Below, in pieces: positions 1 to 11,146 of a DNA stretch of 64,000 nt. The stretch spans positions 38,812,001 through 38,876,000 of the forward strand of contig NC_087449.1 of assembly GCF_036321535.1 (NCBI RefSeq), given 5' to 3'. Below the pieces are notes generated by a model that saw nothing but the letters and a program-made list of their open reading frames with translations, had not been told where the DNA came from and made no database searches. Made by a program: the position numbers and the translations under genes. The number at the start of each line of letters is the position of its first letter. Positions within the stretch are counted from its first letter, which is position 1. Source of the DNA: Camelus dromedarius (taxonomy: Eukaryota).

Positions 1-997
1 TCAATGATTTCAGCTGTGAATTGAGAAGATTAGAGCCTGTCTTGTAAGGTGTGAGTTTTTCCTTTCAGAACTTTAAATGAAATATGTAATAAATGACTTG
101 GCATCTCATAGGTGGTCTCTCTTTGTGTACTTTATAAGTTGTTAGCTATGCTGAAAGTCTGCTGATATTGCATGCTTAAGAAATAACCCTAAAACACTGA
201 ACGGTGTTGTGGTGTGGCAGCAACTGAAGAATTCCAGCCAGTTGGAGCTGGTCCACCGCAGGAATGGTCAATCCCGGGGCACTGACCACATCCAGTCTTG
301 GGGACAAGCCCCAGTATTTGCAGGGCAGCCCACCCTGTGTGGCACCACACACTACTCAGCCCTCTGACTTCAACATCCTTTCACCACTCCCCATCACTGA
401 CAAAATAAAAGCCAAGCCCTTTCCAGGCCTAACTCAATCTAGCTCCACCATCACCCCAGTTCTCTGGGGGACAGCGACCTGCCGGACTCACACCCTCATT
501 CAGACACACCACACTCCACTCCAAACAGGGTAAATTACTTTGGGTGTTCCCCTCCCATAGTTTCACATAGGACATTCCATCTGCTCAGAACACGTTTCCG
601 CCTCCCCTTGACCGAACCATCCTTCCAGATAAACTGGATGACATCTCCTCCAGGAGGAGTGGTGATGTGCCTCCTACATAGTCCCAAGGTCCCTGAGTGT
701 CTGTGCCCGACCGTTTCCGCTTCTGTCCCTAGAATGGGGGGCGAGGGGGAGGCGTCCCTGTGGGTATGAAATGATAGGACAGAACCCCAGCGACTGGGAC
801 CAACACTTAACCCCGGGTAAGGGACTCGGCACTCGGCATCAGCGGGAAGCTCCCTTACCTCTCCGGGCAAACCGGGGGCCGTTTCCTGGCGGACGCGCAG
901 AGGAGAGAATTGCGGTACAGGGGGTCCTCACGGCGCCACCGCCCCGCCCACCCGAGCCGCGTCGCTGGTGTCACCTACTGGCCCAGAGTCGTCTGTG

Positions 998-1023
998 ATT
1001 TACATACCCATGGTGCACCACGG
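998..1023 (+). promoter_or_regulatory. snRNA distal sequence element (octamer + SPH/ZNF143 site)
   Basis: ATTTACAT (998-1005, one mismatch to ATTTGCAT) abuts TACCCATGGTGCACCACGG (1005-1023, SPH-like) about 214-190 nt upstream of the U5 start. GC box CCGCCCCGCCC near 940-950. Confidence 0.75.
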
Positions 1024-1151
1024 AAGACAGTTTCACAGTGCTTGAGTTCTAGCCCCACGGGGGTCTATCCACTGATGGAGGGCAGAGTACCTGTCAGAAA
1101 TATATGGGCTGTGTAAATTCCAGCAGGGAGTGCAAACCGCGCAGGAGCTGA

Positions 1152-1171
1152 GCAACCATAACTGTGCTAAG
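1152..1171 (+). promoter_or_regulatory. snRNA proximal sequence element (PSE)
   Basis: GCAACCATAACTGTGCTAAG at -60..-41 of U5 resembles the PSE core ACCNTAACTGT. No TATA box downstream, consistent with a Pol II snRNA promoter. Confidence 0.65.
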
Positions 1172-1211
1172 CGTTACATCACTCTGGGAGGGTCCAAGCG
1201 AAAGCAAGCGA

Positions 1212-1332
1212 ATACTCTGGTTTCTCTTCAGAACGTACAAATCTTTCGCCTTTTACTAAAGATTTCCGTGGAGAGAAACAATTACGAGATTTTAACCAAT
1301 TTTTTGAAGCCTCGGTTATTTTTTCGGGGCTA
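1212..1332 (+). ncRNA. RNU5: U5 spliceosomal snRNA (variant, U5D/E/F-like)
   Basis: Starts ATACTCTGGTTTCTCTTCA. Stem Ic AATCTTT/AAAGATT encloses invariant loop 1 GCCTTTTAC (1248-1256). Sm site AATTTTTTGA at 1298-1307. 3' stem-loop AGCCTCGG (1308-1315)/TCGGGGCT (1324-1331). Confidence 0.95.
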
Positions 1333-1340
1333 TTTTTGAA

Positions 1341-1353
1341 GTTAAAGTGTAGA
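1341..1353 (+). terminator. snRNA 3' box (Integrator processing signal)
   Basis: GTTAAAGTGTAGA starts 9 nt after the U5 3' end; partial match to GTTTN(1-4)AANARNAGA. Confidence 0.5.
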
Positions 1354-2474
1354 AAGTGCTTTTCCCGTTACTTTTATATTTTTTTGTAGTTACCTAGGAG
1401 ACTTAGGAATTCTGGGGACAGAAAGAGTGGTCAGTTTGGGGTTTAAGTAAGTCCGTTCTCCTGACTATCACGCCCACGTTGCTAAACGTGGGTTTTCTCC
1501 TTTTTCTTTATGTTCTTTTTTGCAGGACATGGAGAGAAACGAGCAAAAAGCGAAAGGCTTGCTGAGGTAGTCAGGTGTGACTTCTCTCTGATCGTCCCTG
1601 CTTAACACCGGTTTTCCATGCTGGAAATACAAGGTTCCTTCCCTCAAGGAGCTTAACTTGGTGGAGCCCTAAAAAATGCACAATCTCAGGGAGAAGTGCC
1701 CTGCAGAAAGAGCATAATGAAAAGGACAGGGGTAGCTACTGAACCGTCTTGTCCCTGGGTCTTAAATCTGCATCCTTTCCGTGGGAGAGCTCATCTAGTT
1801 CAGTGGTGACCTCCAAATTCACAGCTATCAGGAGGTCCCACTGACTCCCGTATTCAAAGCATATGCTTCATCCATTCACATTTTACCTTCTCCACTGCTC
1901 CTATGTTGGTCCAAGAGCTCTCCCTGGATTCTTGCAATAGCCCCTCCCTAACTGGTCTCCCTAGACCATCCTCCCCCTTTGTCTCAATCCTCCACACAAA
2001 GGCCAAATAATTTTTAAAAATGTAAATCATATCATACACACCACTTTCCTACACAAACGCCTCCAGTTGCCTTTCCCCAGGACATGGCTCATGCCCCTCC
2101 TCCTTCAGGTGTCTAGTCCACTGTTGTCAGAGGTCTACACTCACCACTCTGTGAAACAGTCCCACTGCCACCACTCTGTTTATCTGTTTAACATGCTTTA
2201 CTTTTTTTCAGCGCACAAACCACTCCCTGTGTTTCCTACATGCAGTATTTAATCTGTCCCACTACATTTCTAAGCACTTTACAAAATTAACTTAATCTCC
2301 CTAAGAACTCTACAAAATACATTCTATTATTATCTCCATTTTATAAATAAGGAAACTCAGACATAGAAAGTTAAATAGCCCTACTCAAGTCACAAAGCCA
2401 GAAAGTGGTGGAGCTGAGATTCAAACCCAGGCAGACTGGCTCCAGAAGAGACATACTCTTAATCACTGTGCTAT

Positions 2475-2927
2475 TGGTGGGGTTCAGGACTTCTACCCCA
2501 AAGTATGGCATCTTGACAAACTGAATATTTTAAACTGAAGGAATTTGAGAAAACAGGAAAGTCATTCTGACCTTCCCCCAATCCCCTCCCTTCTTCCATG
2601 AAACAGGTCATAAAATACTCAAGTGAGAGGTGCCCTTCATATACCAGGAGGGAAGGAGCATCGTATCTCCAAGGACAAAGAGACTCTGAGAAGAATTCCA
2701 AGGAACAAACCTTGCTAAATCCTCCCAGGTTACCACATTTACCTCATACTCTAACCTGGAATAAAAATTCTCAGGTTTAACTGTTTCTTCCAGTCTTCAT
2801 TTCCTTTTGAAGTCTCCAGTGTAATGTAAAATGTATGCATTTCTTCTGTTACTCTGTCTTTGTCAATTTAATCTTCAGGCCCAGCCAGTGACTCTAAGAG
2901 GAGGAAGGAAACGTCCTCCTCGAAACA
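2475..2927 (+). mobile_element. ERV1-class solo LTR, MER34/MER39-like
   Basis: TG...CA termini; 5' end TGGTGGGGTTCAGGACTTCTACCCCAAAGTATGGCATC resembles the MER34-family start; flanks ctat/ttat are a near 4-bp TSD. Confidence 0.6.
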
Positions 2928-3406
2928 TTATTTTTTCTTTTAACAAAAGGAATCATGCTCTATTTGGTCTGCATTGTGCTTTTTTCACCAAAGATCACAG
3001 ATTTTTTTTTTAATATCACCATAGGCATATACCATAGTTAATTTAACCAATCCTCTAGGTTAAACCAGTCCTCTAGGACATCTAGTTTGTTTTCAATTTT
3101 CATTATCCAAACAAAGCTGTCATAACGTGGTACTGAGGGTAATCACATTTTCAGTCTTGAGAGAGAATGCCAAATAACTATCTTTAATCCATGTGTAACA
3201 TATTTTTGTATAAAATCCCTGAGACAGAAGAATAACTTTATTTTTTCCAAATAGTCAGTTGTCCCTAATTTTACATTGATAGTATCTTGTTTTACAGCTC
3301 CTTTAAACTCTTTACAAAATAAGATAGCATTTAAATAAGAAAACTGTACACCAGAAATTGATACATTGTAACTGACTATACTTAAATGAAAAAGAAAAAG
3401 AAAACA

Positions 3407-3497
3407 GGGAGGAGGGTATAGCTCAGTGGTTCAATCCCCAGTGCCTCCATTGAAAAACAAAATTAATAAACCTAATTAACTCCCCCTCTAAAAAAAG
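3407..3497 (+). mobile_element. tRNA-Ala-derived SINE (vic-1-like), internally deleted
   Basis: GGGTATAGCTCAGTGGT is joined directly to TCAATCCCCAGTGCCTCCA, followed by the family tail AAACCTAATTAACTCCCCC and an A-run. Confidence 0.8.
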
Positions 3498-4103
3498 GAA
3501 ACTAAAGTGCTCATTATTCATGCATTCGCTACCACTCAATAACATTTCAAAGAAAAAATAAATAAATAAATAAATAAAGTCATCACTGAACATTTACAGA
3601 GCACTGATTATGTGACAGGGACTGGGAAAGCAGAAACAAATAAGGTACCACTCCAGGACCCACAGATCTTTCTCCAGGGACATTCAGATCCTCAGGAAAA
3701 CAAAATGTATAACAAATGAAAGAGGGAACATGGGGAGTCTTCAATAGCCAAGAGTGTAAATCCAAGCTAGAGGACCATTGCCTTCAGGACCAGTAAATTT
3801 ATGCAAAGGTAGTAGTTGGGAGAAGAGTTGCTAATGTTTGGAACCACTAGTAACTTTGAGTACCCTGAAAGTGAAATCGACTATATTTCTTCTTGAGGGC
3901 AGTGGGGATGTTGAAGAATTCAACAAGAGTAGGGCTAACAATCTTAGGCAAGTTTAGCAGCAGTGTGGGAAATGGTTCAAATAGTTGGGAGGAGTGCCTC
4001 TGAAGCGAAGGCAGGAAGACTATTAAGAGCCTGCTGCAGTAATCCTGCCACAGATAGGACCGGCTGAACCGGGCTGAGAGAACTGAACCAAGTGGGAGGA
4101 TTT

Positions 4104-4618
4104 TGTAGGGGAGGAAAAATAATTCTCCCTCTACCCTCTAAGCTCTTGGCTGGGACCTCTGTAATAAAACAGATTAACAAGAAAAAAAAAGTTTATTAAA
4201 ATGTATGTCTCATGTATACATGGGGGATACCCAGGGGAAAATTAGTAACTCCCTGAGATGACCTAAAATACCTGCTTAAATACCACCTTCAGCTAAAGAC
4301 AAAAGAGAGGAAAGCGTGGGGAGGCCAGTTATGGGAAGGCCCTCAGGAAAAAGCACCGAAAGCAAGGGTAAGGTTTATTAAGCAGATCTCAGTGGGTGAC
4401 TTCACCTTAAGATTTTCCTGAGAGTTTAGTCATCCTTCTCCTGGTACAGAGAAGGAGACACCCTTACAAATGGAGATTTCCTTTATAAAATTTCCCTTAC
4501 AAAAGAGGTTTAAAAGCTCTCTGCTTTAAGAGCTTCTCCTTTTTCTCAAAATAACCAGTTTAAAATAATCCTATGCCATAAAGGCACACGTTGCGGTGGC
4601 ATATTTTGCTACCTTTCA
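4104..4618 (-). mobile_element. ERV1-class solo LTR, MER34-like
   Basis: Minus strand begins TGAAAGGTAGCAAAATATGCCACC; similar to the copies at 19345-19866 and 55090-55340. Confidence 0.6.
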
Positions 4619-5077
4619 GTCTCTTAAAAACTAGAAACCACGGGAGGCAGACATGAAGAAGAGGAATAAAGCAAGGATGAACTCTCGCTTTCTGGCTTGG
4701 GCACCCAAGGAGATGAGAAACACGATGGGGACAGAACTGGGGAGAGATGAAGAGGGGGTCAATTCTGGACTGAGTCTGAGGTGTCTGTGAGGCATTTAGA
4801 GAGAGAGAGATCTCCAAAAGGCAGGTCTGGAATTAAAGAGCGGACGAGCAGAAAAGTTATGTGGGTGTTACGAGAGTAAACCGGGCGGGCGAGAGTGCCT
4901 AGGGACCCGCTGTAGAGCCAGAGCACCGCGTGAAAGAAGCCGTTTGGGGGTTTTGCGCGAGCCTGCAGGACAAGACCCAATACAACACCACGCCACTCTG
5001 GCCCGCCCTCCCCCGGAGCCTCACCCACAGCGCCTGCGCGTGGCCCACAGCCGTCCCTCCAGCGACCCGCTCGCCGG

Positions 5078-5131
5078 GCATTCTGGGAGCGGAAGTCCGC
5101 TCCGAGCGCACAGCGTATCGGGATTTGTAGT
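5078..5131. promoter_or_regulatory. ZNF143/ETS motif cluster in CpG island at the BTBD19 3' end
   Basis: GCATTCTGGGA (5078-5088; reverse complement TCCCAGAATGC), CGGAAGT (5090-5096), CGGGATTTGTAGT (5119-5131; reverse complement ACTACAAATCCCG). Confidence 0.55.
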
Positions 5132-5174
5132 TTGGGCGAGGCTCAAAATTCCTCTCAAGTCGCGCGGCCTTTGG

Positions 5175-8100
5175 TCACTTAAAGGGCAGGTCCAGAAAGC
5201 GGTGATGCTCCCGGGGCAGAGTGCCCCTCCGGCGGCGGCACGGGGCGCCCGGAGCCGCATCTCCTCTCCGCAGAGCGTGGCACTTCCACGCCTCTACGAT
5301 CTGCTCCACCTGCGGAAGAGGCTGGTCACCGCGGAGTCCCTCAATGCTCACCTCACCCCGCAGACCCTGGGCCGCGCCCCCACCCGCGTGCTTCCTCCCA
5401 CGCCGCGGAGGGGATCTGAGCCTCGTCCCCCGCGTCCGCACCGGGATGAGAGGCTCCTGGCGATTCTGCTCTTCCAGGGCGCTCAGCTCTGCCGGGGCCA
5501 GCAAGGCCAGTCTCAGCTCCCGCACCACCGGGGCAGCCACCTCAGCCACAGGCCGCTCCAGTACCGCCTGCAGACACCAGCATTGAGCCCGGGCGGGCGA
5601 GGGCACCTGTCCAGCCGTCTGCTCGCCGGGTTCCTGCGGCCTGAGCCCCCGTCAGCACCCCCACCCCGCGCTCCCCTCTGTCCCAGCTCACCGCGCCCAC
5701 GCGCGCCCAACTCCGGGCTGCCAGGACCAGCTCGGCCTCGTCCACGCAGAGCTTGTCGCTACGCAGCAGAGGCAGCAATGCAGGCGGCGACAGCTCCAGG
5801 AAACCGCGGGTGCGGAGGGTCTCCTGTGGGCCGGCGATTGGGTCAAGGTGGAGCAGGATGAAGCGTGTGGGGTTGGGAGTATGGAGCTGGGGAGCTGTAC
5901 CTGGCTGTGAGCCTCTATGAAGGCTACACAACGCTCCTGCAACGGTCCCAGGCCAAAGGTTACGGCAACCTGGGAGCAGAGTGAGGGAGGTCAGGTTGGA
6001 GACTCAAGAGGCCATGGAGCCCGGCCCTCTACATCGGGACTACCTGCAAGCCTGACCAGCAATACCCACCTGCAGGGCCTCACAAACCAGCTCCACATCC
6101 AGCACCTTCACCACAAACTCTAGGCATAGCTGGGAACAGAAATTAATGTGGGTTGTGCCAAAGTGTCTCTGTTCTAAGACCCCACCCCACCCCACCCCAG
6201 AAGCAGTGAGCAGGCTTGGAGCAGTGATCCACAGGCTCCTAGCAGCCCTGGGCCCATGTAGACCTCCCAGGCCAAGGGAGGCAGAGAATCACCAGGGCCT
6301 GAGACCTGGCAAGCCTGAAGGGACTAGGAACTGGCAAAGCCAAGCCCAGCAACCTACCTTTTAGTACATTCCCCACTAATCAGACTAGTTAAGAGCCATG
6401 TGAAAATTCCACTCTCCCTTTCTCTCAGGATGCTTATCTTTCTCCACGTGTCCCCATCCTGATTAAAACACACTTCTGTTTTAACCATAAACTTGAATTT
6501 CATCTCCCTCTCACCCCCACATTGAGAAAAGCACTGGGTCATACTACTTCCACTTCTCTCAAAGCCATGCACCTCTCTGTTGGGCTCCCACTCCCACCCT
6601 CATCCCTACCTGACTGGTGAACCCTTCTCATCCCGCCCAATCCTTTCTCTCCGTAGCTTCCATATCCTTACTCCTTTACCTGAAACCTCCAATGAATCTC
6701 TACAGCTCTCTGGGTAAAAGAAACCCAAATTCTTGAAGGCCCTGCAGGAACCCTGTTCTCATCTCTCTCCTCTCTCACTTTTGGTCCAGCCATGTTAAAT
6801 GTCTCACCAGCTCTTTTGTACCTCTGTAACTAGAATGCCATCTTTCCTCTCCCACTCTGACCAAACTCCTACCCATTCTACCTGATCTAGCACAAATGTT
6901 CCCTCCAGGAAGTCTTCCCTTCTCTCTCCCTGGTGGTGAGACTAGAGAGACCCTCCATACTGTCTCAGCACCATTTGCCCTCATTTCTCACACTTCTTAT
7001 GCCACAGGGTTAAGAGTTTTCTTGTGTCTCTCTCTCTTTGAAGAACAGGGATCAAGGTTGACTTATCCTGGTATCTACAGCACCAGCCATACACACCCCA
7101 TACGTCCCCCACCCGCAGCACACACAGGGTGTGCACATATCCTTTCACACATATATGCCTATTTACACAGAGACACCCATATTCTTTCTGTATTGGTGCA
7201 CACTCCTCTCCGGGCTAGTGGGTATGTGAAACAGTGTGTGAACTGAGCCCATAAGAGGCAGGGGAAACGAGACAGGGGCTTACCACATAAACTCACCTCT
7301 CGCAGTTCCTCCAGCCCATACTCCACAGCTGCTGTCAGCACCTCCAACACCTGCAGAGTGGGTGGTTGGGGGAGTGGAAGGGAGTCTCACCCACCCATCT
7401 GCCCCGTTCCCGCCCAGACCCCTGCCCAGTGGGCTCACAGAGTGGCGGTGCAGCTGGGCACTGTTGGTGTACAGGAACTCCAGCACTGCCAGGAAGGCCT
7501 CAGCTGGCACTGCGCTTAGCACCACGGGGCTAGTCACCCCAGGGCCTGGCTCTGAGCCCAAAAGTCGCTGGAAGAAGTTGCATCTACATGCCAACAAGCA
7601 TCGGTGGGCAAACACCTCCTGCCGTTCTTGACCAACCACAAAGCGAACATCACTATGGAAGAGATGGAAGAGAGCAGGGAGAAGAGGCTAGAGTCTCAGT
7701 GCCACTCTAGGCTTTGCCTTTGCCCACTCTGGGCCTCTATTTCCTTATCAGCTATATAAGAGACAGTCCCTCCAGCTGAAGGTCTGGGTCACACAGGCCT
7801 GGGTTCTAATCCCAGTTCCACCCTATAGTGCCTCAGGCAAGAGACTTTCCTACCTGTTGACTCTCAGGTTTTTCACCCCTGAAATGGGATGTCAATCCCA
7901 AACCCTAGGAAGTTGCTTGATCACTGAGGGGGCACCAGGACTGATGCACGGTTGATCCCAATACCGCTCTCCTCCCAGCCTGAGTCTTGGTGGGAAGGGA
8001 AGCCTTTCTTGGTTTCTCCTCCACAGACTGTGAATTCAGCTTCTTCAACCTCCAGGCAGGAGGGGTAGGGGATGTGGTGGGGTGCAGAGTGTACTGGCTA

Positions 8101-9001
8101 CAAACAGACAAGTCAGTGATGCACCATCGTGAGGCCAGACCACATTTTCCATCTTCATGATCACTTCCGGCCCCAGCCGCTGAGCTGCCGAACAGCATAG
8201 TGGGTAGGAAGCAGGAGATGAAGCTTGAGCTTCCTGGAACCTCCCAGTCCCAGGTCCAAGGCCTGGGGGTTCCCATTGCTCAGACCAGACTGTGATGCTC
8301 AAAGTAGGGTAATGGGAGTGACTGATCCTTGGGGAGGAGCCCAGCTCTGCGGCAGTGGGGACAGAAAGCTGCATTCTAGTGCTCCTGACCAGCCCTGCCC
8401 CCATACTCTCTCTATCCCTGGTTTCAGACACCGCCTGCATCCTGGGCAGGCAGTGTGCCCTAGGCAGCACCCTTGAACTACTTCCTGTCTGCAGCCTACT
8501 CTGGCTCAATCTCTTGAGCTTTGTTCCTCTTGTGAGTCCCCAGTTCCCAGAACAGTCATCTGCTCCTCTGCCTCCCCAGGGAGGCACTCAAGTTACATCC
8601 TATTTCTCAGGATCTAGAAGGCAGAGGGCTTTTCTCTGCCAGGAACTCAAGATCCAAAAAAGGAAGGCCTTTCCCTGAGGTCACATAGCTGCTCTGAGCT
8701 CCAGCCCCCACAGCCCCCACCTCTGGCTCTCAGGACATCGTAGACACTGAGTGACGAGTAGCCATCCTCTCCACTTGACTTCCCCAGACTGAGTTTACCA
8801 GGGAGGAGGGTGAAGTCCTAATTCCCCACCTCTTCCGAACCCAGGGCTTCCTCAGAGTCATCGGGCACAGCAGAGCCCGCTAGGGAAACCCCACAGACAG
8901 GGCCCACTCCCTCACCTGTATAGGGGGTTGTTGACGAGGCTTCGGAGTGCTGTGGAGAAGGATGCAGCCTCCCCGTGCACAACCAGTCCTGGCATCTCCA
9001 T
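5175..9001 (-). CDS. BTBD19: BTB/POZ domain-containing protein 19 (291 aa)
   Basis: Coding exons (minus): 9001-8916, 7652-7439, 7350-7297, 6129-6070, 5969-5901, 5823-5692, 5567-5442, 5309-5175. Total 876 nt, all GT-AG. Translation MEMPGLVVHGEAASFSTALRSLVNNPLYSDVRFVVGQERQEVFAHRCLLAC...HHRFLDLPFK* has BTB and BACK domains. Confidence 0.95.
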
Positions 9002-10405
9002 GGGTGGGCTGGGGCAGGAGTAGGCAGGAGGAGTAGCTTGGGAGGCCTGTTGTCTGTTAGTCTGTGGGAGGCGGTAGGTGGAAGGGCCAGGAGGCCTGGT
9101 CAGGCCCTTGAGCTGGTGAGGAGCTAGAAAGGCCTGAGAGGGAGGAGCAGGAGCTTGGGAGGCCTGTTTGCTGAAAAGCTAAAAGTTTTGGAATGGGGCA
9201 GAAGAGTCCCAGGTTCCTGAACGCATCAGAGGCCAGCGGAGAAGGCCAGAGGCTCAGCTTAGGGATGGGGACTCAGGGAGGGGACCAAGAGACGCCGAGG
9301 TGGAGCAGACTGGACTGGGGCAGAGAGGCTGGCTGCCGATGAGGCCCCAGCTGGGAGCCTGCCCAGGCAGCGCTGGGGTGGGAAGCCTGTGGGTTTCCAC
9401 GGAAACTAGAGCCAGGCCTGAGAGGAGGCCCCGCCCACCTCCCACAGGCCCAGGGAGAACTTCAGCCCTCAGAGGGGCCCTAAGCAGAGTCAGAGGGTCC
9501 TAGCACCCTGGCTCCTGCTTGTCCTTCCGTCAGAATTCAAACTCCCTGCCCCCCGACCCTCCCCCTTTGTGCACACAGGGTCAGGACCAGGCCTGGGGAA
9601 CCCCCCTTCACAGAAAAAGTCTTTGCCCCCATGGATCGTTTTCAGGGTCCAGAGCTGGCTTGTCTGGGAGGAGGCAGCCCTGTCCCTCCCAAAGAGGGGT
9701 CAGGTGAGGAGGTTTCAGCTCTGACAGAGGCATTGTAGTCTCTGGCATCCCTGAAATGCAACTGCAGTGGTGGGGAGGGGTAGGGCAGGCACAATCTGGA
9801 CACTAGAGCACACAAGAGGTGCCGACAGCTGGGGACAAGCCCCAGGGCACTTAGGTCAGCAGTGTTCACTGCCAAATGGAGTCACCACTATTGCATCAGG
9901 TCTGGGTCCTGATGGGTCTCCCCCGCCTCCCAGCCCTGAACTGAGGAAGTCATCCAAGCCACACCCTAGCTCTGCAGAGGGAACGGAAATGTTTGTCCTT
10001 CTTGAGGCTGATGGGGAGATGATAGAGCCATGACGACAGGGCCATGACGTGCTCCTTCCTGTAGGCCCATGTCTTGATTCCTAAGCAGCCACCCACCCCC
10101 ACAGTCTCAAGGTTTCCCCATATGCCAAGCCTCTGTGACTTGTTCACAAATGGAGAGCCAGTCTTCACAAGGGGAGAAATGGACAGTGGCTCAAGAGCCC
10201 TGGGATAGCAGGACACCTTTGTGACCAGAGCCCCTCTCTACATCTGCCCTTTCAGTCATACTTGTATGCCCTTGGGCTCTAAGCCCTGTTGTCCCCTCTC
10301 CCCGATGACTCAGGCACCTCGCACTCAGCACGTGCTCATAGTAGTAACACTTCCAGGCTAAGCCAGAGCTAGGACTGGAGGGAGGGAACCAGGAAGAGAG
10401 GAGTG

Positions 10406-10428
10406 CTTGCCCAGCAACCCATGGCAAC
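10406..10428. promoter_or_regulatory. Tandem RFX X-box-like motifs upstream of DYNLT4
   Basis: CTTGCCCAGCAAC (10406-10418) immediately followed by CCATGGCAAC (10419-10428), about 720 nt upstream of the DYNLT4 ATG. Confidence 0.45.
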
Positions 10429-11146
10429 TCCGCAACACAGACAAGGTGCCCTTACCCTCCCACCGGCCAGTCAGGCCAGCTAGGCAAGGGCTATTAGGAG
10501 ACAGCTTGGAGGCCAAAGGCTGCAGGTGACTCAGGTGCCTGAGGAGTTTCGGGAGAAGAGTGCAGCTGTCCCAAAACTGATTCTGGAGGTATGGCCAGAA
10601 GCCAAAAGCAGAGGGTGGAAGGACCATTCTGAATCAGCTGGCCCCAGCCTCTCAGCCAGTTGTGGGGATCTTTGTGCCAGCCACCCTAAGAGCAGGTGGG
10701 GGTGGAGGAGGTGTGGATTCAAGACCCACAGGACTGTAAGGAGTTGCTTCTGTCTGTCCTTCCCTCTGATTAGGGGGTGGAGGCCCCATTATCTAGGCTG
10801 AGGTGGAGGGCAGATACCTCTCCCACTTCTTCTGCTACGGGAGTCAGTGGAAGGGAGAAAGGAGGCGTACTTCAAGTTCACTTAGCTAACCTCCATAGTG
10901 CCCGGGGAAAGTGGCGCTTAGGGGGCAGGGATAGCCCAAGATGACAGACTGAGCAGCATCTCTTCCCTTATTGTGTCCCTAACAGCCCTTAACCCTCTAA
11001 GCACCCAGGAATCCACACAGCCCCGGACTATTTGATTCACCTGTCCCAAAAACACAGGTAATAAGGGGTCTGGGGATAAAAACGTTTATCACTTAGTAAG
11101 AAGTGCGTAAGGCCATCCCAAGTGTGGGTCTTCTAGCCGCAGGTCC

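Noticed and set aside
88-93. AATAAA as the PTCH2 poly(A) signal
   Set aside because: Plausible from synteny, but no PTCH2 exon is inside the window to support it.
264-870. ORFs 264-533 (+) and 535-870 (-) as PTCH2 C-terminus or ERV pol remnant
   Set aside because: No match to the PTCH2 sequence I recall; the WKDGS similarity to RNase H is too short; part of the region looks like an L2 fragment.
4944-5861. 305-aa plus-strand ORF antisense to BTBD19
   Set aside because: No ATG start (GTT/TTG context), Pro/Arg/Ala-rich, no recognisable domain; expected shadow ORF of GC-rich coding exons.
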